Shown here in pieces: positions 19,072 to 28,651 of a stretch of DNA of 64,000 nucleotides. The DNA lies in contig CAKTAV010000001.1 of assembly GCA_934532985.1 (NCBI GenBank), positions 230,182-294,181 of the forward strand, written 5' to 3'. Position 1 is the first letter of the stretch. Each line of letters opens with the position of its first letter. Both the position numbers and the translations under genes were made by a program. Source of the stretch: an uncultured Butyricicoccus sp. (GTDB lineage Bacteria; Bacillota; Clostridia; Oscillospirales; Butyricicoccaceae). The notes below the pieces were generated by a model. The model was not told the origin of the DNA, did not search any database, and worked only from the letters and a program-made list of their open reading frames with translations.

Positions 19072-19135
19072 CAGCGGACAACCCCTCTGTCACGGCTGCG
19101 CCGTGACATCTCCCCTTGCACAAGGGCAATATTAG
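19072..19135 (+). repeat. Intergenic repeat, F-module copy 2
   Basis: CAGCGGACAACCCCT-CTGTCACGGC-tgc-GCCGTGACAT-CTCCCCTTGCACAAGGGCAATATTAG. The stem change relative to copy 1 is compensated. Confidence 0.85.
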
Positions 19136-19244
19136 TGCGTGCCATTTACTCTGAAAATAGACAGTTATTAAACTTCCAACAGCTACATCAAAGCCACCAA
19201 ACAAATAGAGCGAAAAAAAACAATAGACAGTACCCCATCCCCGG

Positions 19245-19287
19245 CAAATCAACACAAAAGCAAGACCTCCGCCGCAGAGGAGGTCTC
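19245..19287 (-). terminator. Intrinsic terminator after the histidine kinase gene
   Basis: AGACCTCC/GGAGGTCT stem followed by TTGCTTTTGTGTT on the minus strand. Confidence 0.7.
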
Positions 19288-19302
19288 GCCCATCGTATCC
19301 AC

Positions 19303-21591
19303 TTACTTCTTCTCCTGCACGCTTCCACCGTTTCCCGTCCACAGCGGCATAAATACCTCCGCCTTGAACAGGTCGCCGTCCACCGTAATGTTGAATGAAC
19401 CGTGCATCAGCTCGGCCAGACTGCGTGCAATCGACAGTCCAAGTCCGCTTCCCTCGGTATACCGCGCGCGGTCGCCGCGGGTGAAACGTTCCATCAGCTC
19501 TTCTGCCGAGATATTCAGCTCCTGCGCAGAAATGTTCTTCATCGTCAGCACGCACCAGCTGCCCTGTTCCTTCAGCTCGACATACACGCGGCTGTTCGGC
19601 AGTGCATAGCGCACACAATTGGTCAGCAGGTTATCCATAATGCGCCACAGCTTTCGTCCGTCCGCGATAACCGCCGTGCGTCCTTCGGTGCGCAGGCGAA
19701 TCTCCAGTCCCGCCGCATGCAGCTTTTCTTCCATCTCGCCACAGGTCTGCTGGAACAGCGCTTCCCAGTCCACACGGGTCAGGTCGGTTTTCATCGCACC
19801 GCTGGACGCCTTGGACGCCTCCAGCAGATCGTTAATCAGCACGCTCAGCCGTTTGGTCTTTTGATCCACCGTCTGCAAATACTCCGCCATGCGCGGGTCA
19901 TTCGGCTCTAGCTTTTTCATCAGATCCACATAGGTGATAATACCGGTCAGCGGGGTTTTCAGGTCGTGCGATACGTTGGAAATCAGCTCGGATTTCAGCC
20001 GTTCCGACTGTACCGCCGTCTCCACGGCGTTGTGCAGGCCATCCGAAATACTGTTCAGATCGTCCGCCAGCTGTTTTAGCTCCTGTCCGCCCTTGACGTC
20101 GATGTGCGTGTCGGTCTCTCCGGCGCGGATGCGCTTGGCGCCGTCACACACCGCCTTCAGCCGCTCCGCAGAGCGAATGCCCGCATACAGCAGTCCGGCA
20201 ATCACAAACGGAACCGTAACCAGCGGCATGCACACCAGCGGAACCAGAATCGCCGCCGAAATCACCTTCATGAACATTGGGCCGCGCTTCCAGCGGGCGA
20301 GCACATACTTCACGCCGCGCAGGCAGATAAAGCCATCCCAGAACGAGTGTGTCTTGATGCGGCGCACCTGCGGCATCAGGCAAAGCAGACCGATCGCCGC
20401 GCCTGCCATCGCACACAGTATCGGCATAACGCGCAGGGGCGACGTCGGTGTTAGCGTGCTTTGCATCAAATCCATCCATTGCAGGCCAAACGAAGCGCAC
20501 AGCAGGAATCCACCCAAGCCGACCATCCAGTATACTTCGCTCCAGATGCGATCCTCCGGACGCAGCCGCGCGATGTCATCCTTGCTTGTCTTGCCAATAC
20601 CGCAGATCAGCACAATGATGCACAGCAGCACACCCAGCAGGCAGAGGCCAAATGCCATCGCATAACCCTCCAGCGGGCGAAGCAGCTCGTTATAATCCGT
20701 CCCCATGTACTCGTTAAACGTCTTATCCCGCACACCGACAACAATCACATCGCTCGAATGGACGTCGCTGATTCCTACATCCGACTCATCCATCAGATTC
20801 GCGGCATCGCTGGTATCCGCTGTCTTCATGGCATCCTCTGCCAACCGCTCGTCCCATTGGTAATCAAATGTACCACTCTTCGGGTCGAGCGCCAGCACGA
20901 CAGCACACTTGCCAATCTTCTGCTGCGCCGCCTTTGCCTGCGCCCGCTTGCTCTTCATCGTATCTACTGTAACATTGGTTTCCAGCGTCTCTCCGCCGTC
21001 GCGCTTCGTATAGACACAGTAAATATAGCGGTCTCCCAAGCCCTGTAGGTACTGCACCTCATCATTCCAGCTGTTGATTCCTTCGTTTACCAAGCTCTTT
21101 CGCGCTTCTTCATAGCAGCCCGGATTGGCCTCCAGCCAGTTCATGAAGCTCTGCACATCTCCACTGACTTCGCTCATATCCTCTTCACTGCCCAAATAGG
21201 CGGACAGTGCTCGCTCGATACTGCTCTTGGTCTTTTTGTTCAGCTTGCTGTTTGATTGGCTGGATGTTTCCCCCGCCAAATAATAGTCCTCATACAGCCG
21301 TTCCACAACCTGCGAGTCGGTAATGGACTTGCCGTTCATCACATTCTGCTCGCCGCCAAACGAATACACCATATCTGTCATGAACATCGCCGCGTTGTAC
21401 TCCTCCGAGAGTATCGTATTGATCCACGCATTGTGGTCTGCAAGTATATCCCATGTCAGGTTGTTTTTTCCGCTGTACTCCGACGCCGCCTCTATCGTTC
21501 CAATCGCCGTGCCGGACAGCACGACTGCCAGAACAAATGCACCGACTTTTGTCCATGTGTTCCGCACAAATTGCTTCCATCTCGTTTTCAT
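19303..21591 (-). CDS. Sensor histidine kinase with a large N-terminal extracytoplasmic region and a multi-TM block
   Basis: H-box SHDLKTPLT and a C-terminal HATPase region (GSGLGLSIA). Start taken at MKTRWKQ; the ORF opens at 21660. Confidence 0.85.
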   Translation of the reverse strand: MKTRWKQFVRNTWTKVGAFVLAVVLSGTAIGTIEAASEYSGKNNLTWDILADHNAWINTILSEEYNAAMFMTDMVYSFGGEQNVMNGKSITDSQVVERLYEDYYLAGETSSQSNSKLNKKTKSSIERALSAYLGSEEDMSEVSGDVQSFMNWLEANPGCYEEARKSLVNEGINSWNDEVQYLQGLGDRYIYCVYTKRDGGETLETNVTVDTMKSKRAQAKAAQQKIGKCAVVLALDPKSGTFDYQWDERLAEDAMKTADTSDAANLMDESDVGISDVHSSDVIVVGVRDKTFNEYMGTDYNELLRPLEGYAMAFGLCLLGVLLCIIVLICGIGKTSKDDIARLRPEDRIWSEVYWMVGLGGFLLCASFGLQWMDLMQSTLTPTSPLRVMPILCAMAGAAIGLLCLMPQVRRIKTHSFWDGFICLRGVKYVLARWKRGPMFMKVISAAILVPLVCMPLVTVPFVIAGLLYAGIRSAERLKAVCDGAKRIRAGETDTHIDVKGGQELKQLADDLNSISDGLHNAVETAVQSERLKSELISNVSHDLKTPLTGIITYVDLMKKLEPNDPRMAEYLQTVDQKTKRLSVLINDLLEASKASSGAMKTDLTRVDWEALFQQTCGEMEEKLHAAGLEIRLRTEGRTAVIADGRKLWRIMDNLLTNCVRYALPNSRVYVELKEQGSWCVLTMKNISAQELNISAEELMERFTRGDRARYTEGSGLGLSIARSLAELMHGSFNITVDGDLFKAEVFMPLWTGNGGSVQEKK

Positions 21592-21722
21592 TTCCCTACA
21601 CCGCCTTACCTTGTTCTTGTAGAAGCGTCCGTTTCCTTCGTCGCCCCTCACAAATTGCATTGTTCTCGTTTTCTTGCTCCGTCATCGGTCCTCCCCCAAG
21701 TCCTCTAGCGGAGCACCTTGCA

Positions 21723-22439
21723 TCAGCACACGCGGCTGACCCGAATGTCCTCCATTTTGTAGCCGATGCCCCATACCACCTTCAGGTACTTCGGCTCCTT
21801 CGGGTTGATCTCAATCTTTTCCCGAATGCGCCGGATGTGTACCGCGACGGTATTTTCCGCCCGATAGGACGGCTCCTTCCACACGGCTTCATAAATCTGC
21901 TGAATGGAAAAGACCTGTCCCTTGTTCTTCGTCAGGAAGCAGAGGATGCCGAATTCCACCGGCGTGACACGAATTTCCTCTCCGTCCACCGTGACAGTTT
22001 TGGTTCGGTCATCAATGACCAATCCGCCCGTCTGATATACCGTCTCCCTGTCCATGCCGGACATTCCCCCGAGCGCGGTATATCGGCGCAGCTGGGAGCG
22101 GACACGCGCCATAAGCTCCGGCGGGCTGAACGGCTTGGTGACATAATCGTCCGCACCCGCTGTCAGTCCCTGAATTTTGTCGATGTCCTCCCCCTTCGCC
22201 GACAGCATAATTACCGGCACATTCCGCGTCTCCCGCAGAATCTCCGTCGCCTGTATGCCGTCCAGCTGAGGCATCATAATGTCCATGATAATCAGATGTA
22301 TCTCCTGTTCGCGGCAGATGTCCAGTGCCTCCCGGCCGTTTCCCGCCGTAAGCGCTTCATAGCCCTCCGCCTTCAGATAGATGGCAATCGCCTGTGCAAT
22401 TGCCGGATCGTCATCACAGACCAAAATCCGGTACGTCAT
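21723..22439 (-). CDS. OmpR-family response regulator
   Basis: ILVCDDDPAIA receiver start, MPQLDG, and a winged-helix tail VWGIGYKM. Confidence 0.9.
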   Translation of the reverse strand: MTYRILVCDDDPAIAQAIAIYLKAEGYEALTAGNGREALDICREQEIHLIIMDIMMPQLDGIQATEILRETRNVPVIMLSAKGEDIDKIQGLTAGADDYVTKPFSPPELMARVRSQLRRYTALGGMSGMDRETVYQTGGLVIDDRTKTVTVDGEEIRVTPVEFGILCFLTKNKGQVFSIQQIYEAVWKEPSYRAENTVAVHIRRIREKIEINPKEPKYLKVVWGIGYKMEDIRVSRVC

Positions 22440-22563
22440 TGTGTCTCCTCCTCTTCCTGTGCTTCTACTATAGCAAGTAAAGTTTGCAATATACGCGGTG
22501 TAATTCTTACGAATTTATGAAGATTTCTTTCTCCAACAGTATAGCATATCTTTCTCCCGCGTC

Positions 22564-22615
22564 CCAGAACAAAGAAACAGGGTCTGCTGCAAAATACAAT
22601 GCAACAGACCCTGTT
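22564..22615 (-). terminator. Terminator hairpin after the CAP-domain gene
   Basis: AACAGGGTCTG/CAGACCCTGTT stem followed by a T-rich run on the minus strand. Confidence 0.6.
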
Positions 22616-22685
22616 TGTATTGGGATATGTGGTACGTTCCTATTTGACTATGGAGAGGAAATAAGCTAATATTGTAAATTCTAAT

Positions 22686-22802
22686 CCTCTCAGAGTAAAT
22701 CTTACTGCTTTAGCTCCCTTATGCAAATGGGCCGCGCCATGCCAGTGGCATGCGAGCGAAGCGAAAGCGGGATGAATTTACACAGCAAATTCTGTGAGGA
22801 TC
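22686..22802 (+). repeat. Intergenic repeat, CTCAGAGTAAATC motif plus G-module
   Basis: CCTCTCAGAGTAAATCTTACTGC...CCATGCCAGTGGCATGCGAGCGAAGCGAAAGCGGGATG, a hairpin, then AGGATC. Confidence 0.8.
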
Positions 22803-22833
22803 TGAACTAACCCATATATCCTATTCTCCCACC

Positions 22834-24369
22834 TCACGGAACGCGAACGGTTTTGCTCGCGCTGCTGGCACTGAGATACATCGTATTGCCGGATTTCTTA
22901 TAGCAGGCGATGTTGACCTTTAGTTTTTTTCCAGAGGGCAGTTCATTAATCAAACCGCGCGTCGTGTCGCCCTTTTCCATCGTGTACTGTCCATACAACG
23001 TACCGTCCGACCGATAGACATTCATCCAATATCCGTCCGCCTTGCTGTTGCGCGTCCATTCCAGCAGGATCGTACCGCTGCTGTACGGCGTTGCCGACCG
23101 AAGCGACACACGCGTCAAGCGAATCATCGTCCTCGTCGCGGACGCCTTGCTCTTTTTGCTGCCATTTACACCGTATACCTTGTACTTGTACTTGGTTCCG
23201 TTGGTCTTGCCCGTGTCCGTCCACGAGGTACTCGTCGTGCTCTTTACCTTTTTGTACGAGCCACCCGCCGTGCTGCGGTAAACCTCATACTGCTTTGCCA
23301 GCGGCAGCTTGTTCCACTTGACCTGAATTCCAGTCTTTTGGTTACTCAGCTTGATTCCGGAAACCTTCGCGTCAGCAATATTCGTCGTCACGGTCAGCTT
23401 ATCTGATGCCGTGTACTTCGTACCGTACAGCTTTGCCGAGATCGCCGCCGAGCCCTTGCCCTTTGCCGTCACCTTGCCGTGGCTGCTAATCGTCGCCACC
23501 GACGTTTTGCTGCTGCTATAGGTCAGGCTGTCGTCCTCCGGAAACCAGATGATACTGTTCCAGCCCTGATTGACCAGACCGGTCTCCAGCTGGGTCGTTC
23601 CACCCAGCGCCAGTTTATTCTTTTCCAGCGCAACCATCATCATACCAATGTACTCTTCATTGGCCTTCACATACGTGGTATGCATCTCGTCCTCCGGCTG
23701 CGCTGCGCTGTCACCGGATCCATCCGTAAACACCTGCACCCAGCACGGCACGCCGCCGTACTGCAAATAGCAGCCCAATCCGACTGTCGTGTAATTCTCA
23801 TTCAAAATATTCGCCTGATGTCCGTCCGAGTTCATCCAGCTCTCCATGACGGATTCCGCCGAATCCTGTCCCGCAGCAATGTTTTCTCCGGCTGCTCCCA
23901 TAGAGATTCCGTATTCCGACAAAACAGAGAAGCAGTCCTCTCCTGATGGGCGGGTGTGGGCAAAGTACACCGCGCACTCCGCTGCACGCTGCATTGCCGC
24001 GGCGTTCAGCTTGCTGTCAATCTTCACCGGATCCAGTCCCGCCTTCTTGCGCTCCTTATTGATGAGCTTGAGCACCGGATACGCTTCGGAATAAAAATAT
24101 CCGCCCGTCAGCGCGACCGTCGCCGTCCTGCTCTTTACTGACGCCGTTGCCTCGTCGGCGGAAATCATATTGTCCGCCGTCACGGCTTCTCCCAGCATCG
24201 TTTCATCCACCGCTGAGGTGAACTCCGGCAGCTTTTCTTGCTGCGCATCCACTCCTTGCACACCGACGGATACGTCCGATTCCTCCGCCAATGCTGCCAT
24301 CGGTAGAAGCGATACCATCATCATAGCCGCCAGCATCACGCTGAGCAGGCGTTTTTTTCTCTGTTTCAC
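22834..24369 (-). CDS. Secreted CAP/SCP (YkwD-like) domain protein with Ig-like (Big_2-like) and FN3-like repeats
   Basis: Signal peptide LLSVMLAAMMMVSLLPMAALA. CAP region LINKERKKAGL...WMNSDGHQANILN. C-terminal beta-rich repeats (KVSGIK...WNKLP.AKQYEVYRS). Start uncertain: GTG 24369, with the ORF open to 24423. Confidence 0.7.
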   Translation of the reverse strand: MKQRKKRLLSVMLAAMMMVSLLPMAALAEESDVSVGVQGVDAQQEKLPEFTSAVDETMLGEAVTADNMISADEATASVKSRTATVALTGGYFYSEAYPVLKLINKERKKAGLDPVKIDSKLNAAAMQRAAECAVYFAHTRPSGEDCFSVLSEYGISMGAAGENIAAGQDSAESVMESWMNSDGHQANILNENYTTVGLGCYLQYGGVPCWVQVFTDGSGDSAAQPEDEMHTTYVKANEEYIGMMMVALEKNKLALGGTTQLETGLVNQGWNSIIWFPEDDSLTYSSSKTSVATISSHGKVTAKGKGSAAISAKLYGTKYTASDKLTVTTNIADAKVSGIKLSNQKTGIQVKWNKLPLAKQYEVYRSTAGGSYKKVKSTTSTSWTDTGKTNGTKYKYKVYGVNGSKKSKASATRTMIRLTRVSLRSATPYSSGTILLEWTRNSKADGYWMNVYRSDGTLYGQYTMEKGDTTRGLINELPSGKKLKVNIACYKKSGNTMYLSASSASKTVRVP

Positions 24370-24450
24370 ACAATCACATCCTTTGTATTGAACATGGGAA
24401 AGATTTTCCCCTATGTATAGCATTGTAACACATACGAGCCGGCTTTACAA

Positions 24451-24479
24451 TTGACAGTATACCAGTCGGGCATTATAAT
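24451..24479 (+). promoter_or_regulatory. Consensus sigma-A promoter upstream of hisD
   Basis: TTGACA-17 nt-TATAAT. Confidence 0.7.
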
Positions 24480-24574
24480 AAATTGAACGCATTTTCGCAA
24501 CGAAATCCGCCCTGTCTGAAGTTTCTTCGGACGGCCGGAGCACCGCATAGATTTCACAGAAAGAAGGACCTCCG

Positions 24575-25840
24575 ATGTATCTTTTTAAGGACGCCCCGCG
24601 CAAAACCTATGAGCGCGACCAGCAGACCACCGATCTGGTGTCGGACATCATCTCCAACGTCCGCACCAACGGCGATGTCGAGCTGCTCGCCCTGACCCAG
24701 AAGTTTGACCATGTATCCATGGATTCCGTCCGCATCTCGGACGAACAGATCCGTGCCGCCTATGAGCAGGTGCCGGCAAAGACCGTCGAAGCCATTCAGG
24801 CCGCTGCGGCACAAATCCGCTTCTTTGCGGAAAAGCAGCTGGAATGCCTCAAGCCGCTGACCACCGCCACCCCGATTCCGGGCGTGACGCTGGGACACCG
24901 CCTGATTCCGATGGAAACCGTCGGCGCTTATGTTCCGGCCGGCCGCTACCCGCTGCCTTCCACCGCACTGATGCTCGCCATTCCGGCAAAGGTTGCCGGT
25001 GTAAAGACCGTTGTGGCATGCAGCCCGGTCTCCAAGGGCTGCGGCACAATTCATCCGGCGGTTCTGGTGGCCATGGATATCGCCGGTGTCGATGAAATCT
25101 ACTGCACCGGCGGCGCGCAGGCCGTTGCCGCCATGGCATTTGGCACAGAGAGCGTGCGCAAGGTCGATCTGATCGCCGGACCCGGCAACCGCTTTGTCGT
25201 CGAGGCCAAGCGTCAGGTCATGGGTTCGGTCGGCATCGACAGCCTCGCCGGACCGAGCGAGGTACTGATCCTCGCCGACGGTTATGCCAATCCGGCCTTT
25301 ACGGCCGCTGACCTGCTGGCGCAGAGCGAGCACGACCTGAACGCCCGCAGCACGCTGGTCACCACCTCGGAAGCCTTTGCGCAGAAGGTGCTGGACTGCA
25401 TGAAGGAGCAGGCTGCCACTCTTCCGACCGGTGAGACCGCCATGGAGTCGTGGAACGACAACGGTATGATTTTGATTGCCGAATCGCTGGAGGAGGGCAT
25501 TGCCCTGTCCAACGACATTGCCCCGGAGCATCTGGAAGTACACACGCACAATGCTGAATCGGTTGCCGCCCGTCTGACCAATTATGGCTCGCTGTTCATC
25601 GGCGAGTACACGCCGGTTGCCTTTGGCGACTACTGCTCCGGCACCAACCACACCCTGCCAACCATGGCAACCGCCAAGTATTCCAACGGCGTTTGGGTCG
25701 GCACGTTCCTCAAGACCTCGTTCACCCAGCATATCTCCAAGCAGGGTTGCCGCAATCTGGCAGACACCTGCATGACGTTGGCGGAGACCGAGGGCTTGAT
25801 GGCGCACCACAACTCCGTGCGCGTTCGTCTGGAGGACTGA
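24575..25840 (+). CDS. hisD: Histidinol dehydrogenase
   Basis: 421 aa: GAYVPAGRYPLPSTALMLAIPAKVAGV, QSEHD, IAPEHLE. Confidence 0.9.
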   Translation: MYLFKDAPRKTYERDQQTTDLVSDIISNVRTNGDVELLALTQKFDHVSMDSVRISDEQIRAAYEQVPAKTVEAIQAAAAQIRFFAEKQLECLKPLTTATPIPGVTLGHRLIPMETVGAYVPAGRYPLPSTALMLAIPAKVAGVKTVVACSPVSKGCGTIHPAVLVAMDIAGVDEIYCTGGAQAVAAMAFGTESVRKVDLIAGPGNRFVVEAKRQVMGSVGIDSLAGPSEVLILADGYANPAFTAADLLAQSEHDLNARSTLVTTSEAFAQKVLDCMKEQAATLPTGETAMESWNDNGMILIAESLEEGIALSNDIAPEHLEVHTHNAESVAARLTNYGSLFIGEYTPVAFGDYCSGTNHTLPTMATAKYSNGVWVGTFLKTSFTQHISKQGCRNLADTCMTLAETEGLMAHHNSVRVRLED

Positions 25841-25844
25841 GACC

Positions 25845-26432
25845 ATGGCAAGAATCAGCAGCGCAGAGCGCAACACCAAGGAAACCAAAATTAAACTGGA
25901 GCTGAACATTGACGGCACCGGAAAAACCGAGCTGAATACCGGTATCGGCTTTTTTGACCATATGCTAGACGGCTTCGCCCGCCACGGCCTGTTTGATCTG
26001 AACGTCCATGTGAACGGCGATCTCCACGTCGATTCCCATCACACCATTGAGGACACCGGTATTGTCCTCGGCGGCGCCATCAAGGACGCCGTCGGCGACA
26101 AAAAGGGCATCCGCCGCTATGGCTCGTGCATCCTGCCGATGGACGAGGCGCTGGTTCTGTGTGCCGTCGATCTGTCCGGTCGTCCGTATCTCGTTTTTGA
26201 CGGGCAGTTCACCACCGACCGCTGCGGCGACATGGACACCGAAATGGCGCGCGAATTCTTCTACGCCATCTCGTATGCCGCCGGCATGAACCTGCACATT
26301 AAGGTGCTGTATGGTTCCAATAATCACCACATCATGGAAGCGATGTTCAAGGCGTTCGCCAAGGCGCTGGATGCCGCAACCACTAACGATCCGCGCATCA
26401 TTGATGTGCTGTCCACCAAGGGCAGCCTGTAA
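25845..26432 (+). CDS. hisB: Imidazoleglycerol-phosphate dehydratase
   Basis: 195 aa: DSHHTIEDTGIVLG and NNHHIMEAMFKAF motifs. Confidence 0.9.
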   Translation: MARISSAERNTKETKIKLELNIDGTGKTELNTGIGFFDHMLDGFARHGLFDLNVHVNGDLHVDSHHTIEDTGIVLGGAIKDAVGDKKGIRRYGSCILPMDEALVLCAVDLSGRPYLVFDGQFTTDRCGDMDTEMAREFFYAISYAAGMNLHIKVLYGSNNHHIMEAMFKAFAKALDAATTNDPRIIDVLSTKGSL

Positions 26433-26454
26433 GCACGCCCCCAAATAAACGCAC

Positions 26455-26505
26455 AAAACGTTCGCAGAGTCAGGGATTTTACCCGATTTTGCGAACGTTT
26501 TTCTC
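26455..26505 (+). terminator. Intrinsic terminator after hisB
   Basis: AAAACGTTCGCA...TGCGAACGTTTT stem followed by TTCTC. Confidence 0.75.
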
Positions 26506-26514
26506 ATCCCAGCA

Positions 26515-26543
26515 TTGACATTCCTTGGGAAACTGCCTATAAT
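26515..26543 (+). promoter_or_regulatory. Perfect consensus sigma-A promoter with no downstream gene
   Basis: TTGACA-17 nt-TATAAT. Confidence 0.7.
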
Positions 26544-26549
26544 AAAGGT

Positions 26550-26797
26550 GTGGAAACCGGACGGTTGCCATAACATGTATGACTATATAAGACTTGTGAA
26601 GCTACTCTACTTCACGCATCTGTGAGCCTTCTGTTGCAGTAGGGGGCTCACTTCCTATATCCAGCATTTTGATCGGTATCGGCGGGACGGGAAACCCGTC
26701 CCCTACTGAAAAAACACATATATTTTCAACCAAATAATAGAAAGAAGTGTAAAGAGCGTCGTATCTAACAACGGTATTCTTTACACTTCTTTTTTTC
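26550..26797 (+). ncRNA. Candidate stand-alone non-coding RNA of about 250 nt (unclassified)
   Basis: Bounded by the consensus promoter and a 13-bp terminator (AGAAGTGTAAAGA/TCTTTACACTTCT plus T7). Internal hairpins: GTGAAG/CTTCAC, GTGAGCC/GGCTCAC, GGGACGGG/CCCGTCCC. The longest plus-strand ORF is 25 codons and is effectively leaderless. Confidence 0.45.
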
Positions 26798-26821
26798 TTA
26801 TTTTTCGCTTTGTATACTGTA

Positions 26822-27502
26822 TTACAGCTCCAGCGGTTGGTTTTCCACCCCGACATCACCGCGGATGGAAGAGCAAAACTGGAACACATCACTGCACACC
26901 GCCATATTCATCCGGCTGTCCAGTACATTGTGTCCGCCGCGCTCATAATAGCGGATGTACTTTTCCCCTGTGCGCAGGCGCTTATACAAATCCTCCGCGT
27001 GATCCGGATCGCTGACCTTGTCGTCGCGCGACTGCAAAATCAGCGTCGGACATTCCATCACTGTCATCGCATGCTGCTTCGTCTCCTGCATAAAGCGGTA
27101 AAACTGGTAATATCCAAACGGGGTGAGCATGGTACCCAGCCCCGGCTGCAAGTCCCTCCGGAACAGCCGCCGCAGCTCGGTAAACGAGGTATCGCTGGTC
27201 GGTGTGTTGATGAACACCGCCGCCGCAGGGTGAAACTCCACCAGATGCATCTGAAGCACGCCGCCGATGGACAGGCCGATCAGCGCGATATGTTCATACT
27301 GTTTTTTCAGCTTCAAATATTCCATACGAACGGCATGTACCCAAAAGCGGCGGGAGAGCCGCTTGCGTCCCGCCCCGCACGGCGTGACGAGATAGGCATC
27401 CATTCCATTTGTCTGTAAGTGCTGCTGCAAAATACTCCCGGCCTGTTCGCCCGTGCCGTAGCCGCTGAGAATCATACAGCAAAATTTACGCTTTGTTGCC
27501 AA
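26822..27502 (-). CDS. Alpha/beta-fold hydrolase (esterase-like)
   Basis: Nucleophile elbow GLSIGG, SRDDKV (Asp), GGHNV (His). Confidence 0.75.
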   Translation of the reverse strand: MATKRKFCCMILSGYGTGEQAGSILQQHLQTNGMDAYLVTPCGAGRKRLSRRFWVHAVRMEYLKLKKQYEHIALIGLSIGGVLQMHLVEFHPAAAVFINTPTSDTSFTELRRLFRRDLQPGLGTMLTPFGYYQFYRFMQETKQHAMTVMECPTLILQSRDDKVSDPDHAEDLYKRLRTGEKYIRYYERGGHNVLDSRMNMAVCSDVFQFCSSIRGDVGVENQPLEL

Positions 27503-27699
27503 TGTTTCCGTTCCTCCGATAATCTATCTCAGCAGGAAGCGCTGCTTCCCCTGTCAACGCATTGTACTAAATATTATTGTATCACGTTTTTCCAAAAAAG
27601 AAATGAATATCCCATGACAGTTTGGCAACAGTATGGTAACACTTTACCGGTGTTTTTGTTCTGTTTTCTCACTTTTTACAATGAAATAGTCTAATTTTC

Positions 27700-27735
27700 G
27701 ACAAAAACAGGCTGTCGGAATATTCCGACAGCCTG
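27700..27735 (-). terminator. Intrinsic terminator after the iolE-like gene
   Basis: CAGGCTGTCGG-aatatt-CCGACAGCCTG followed by TTTTTG on the minus strand. Confidence 0.85.
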
Positions 27736-27748
27736 TGGCAGTCATATA

Positions 27749-28651
27749 TTACTTTGCCATTTCGGATACGAGGTAATCGTATGCCATCTTAGCGTACTTG
27801 AACGGATTTGCCTTTGCCGGGTCCTGCTCGGCCTCGACCATAATCCAGCCCTCATAGCCGATCTCGTCCAGCTTCTTCAGTATCGACGGGAAGTCAACAC
27901 AGCCCTCCGGATCGCCCGGTACGGTGAACGCGCCGTTGCGAACCGCCTTCAGGAACGGCCAGCGACCGGCAATTGCCTCGTCACGAGCCGGCTTGCGCAT
28001 GTTCTTCAGATGCACATGACCAATGCGATCCGGGAACTCGTTCAGAATTGCGATCGGATCCGTCTCGGTAAAGGTCCAATGACCCGTGTCATAGCACAGA
28101 TAAACCAGACCCGGCTCCGTGTTCTGGAGCATGCGGCGAGTCTCATCCAGCGTCTGTACGCAAGTACCCATATGATGATGGAAGCAAGCCTTCAGACCGT
28201 AGGACTTTGCAATCTCGCCCAGCTTATTCAGACCCTCGCACATTCTCTTGAACTCATCGTCTGTGAAAACAGCCTTGTCGTCAAAAATGGACTTGGTCTC
28301 ATCGCCCTGAATGGAGTAGGACTGCTCCGAAATGTTGACGGCAGATGCACCGACAGCAGACAGATAATCCATTTCCTTCATGAACTCGTCGCGGGTCTCC
28401 TCATACGGCTTGGTGCCCAGGAAGGAAGAGAACCACTTGGATGCGATGGTCATACCACGCAGATCCAGCGCTTCCTTCAGCTCCTTGACGTCGGTCGGAT
28501 ACTTGTGTCCAACCTCACATCCGGTGAAGCCAGCCAGACGCATTTCCGAAATACACTGCTGGAACGTATTCTCGTCGCCCAGATCCCACATGTCGTCGTT
28601 GGTCCAGCCAATCGGGCAGATACCCAGCTTGACATCCTTATTTGTGAACAT
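27749..28651 (-). CDS. Xylose-isomerase-like TIM-barrel protein, myo-inosose-2 dehydratase (IolE)-like
   Basis: KLGICPIGWTNDDMWDLG...AGFTGCEVGHKYP resembles the IolE N-terminus. No other iol genes are nearby. Confidence 0.7.
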   Translation of the reverse strand: MFTNKDVKLGICPIGWTNDDMWDLGDENTFQQCISEMRLAGFTGCEVGHKYPTDVKELKEALDLRGMTIASKWFSSFLGTKPYEETRDEFMKEMDYLSAVGASAVNISEQSYSIQGDETKSIFDDKAVFTDDEFKRMCEGLNKLGEIAKSYGLKACFHHHMGTCVQTLDETRRMLQNTEPGLVYLCYDTGHWTFTETDPIAILNEFPDRIGHVHLKNMRKPARDEAIAGRWPFLKAVRNGAFTVPGDPEGCVDFPSILKKLDEIGYEGWIMVEAEQDPAKANPFKYAKMAYDYLVSEMAK

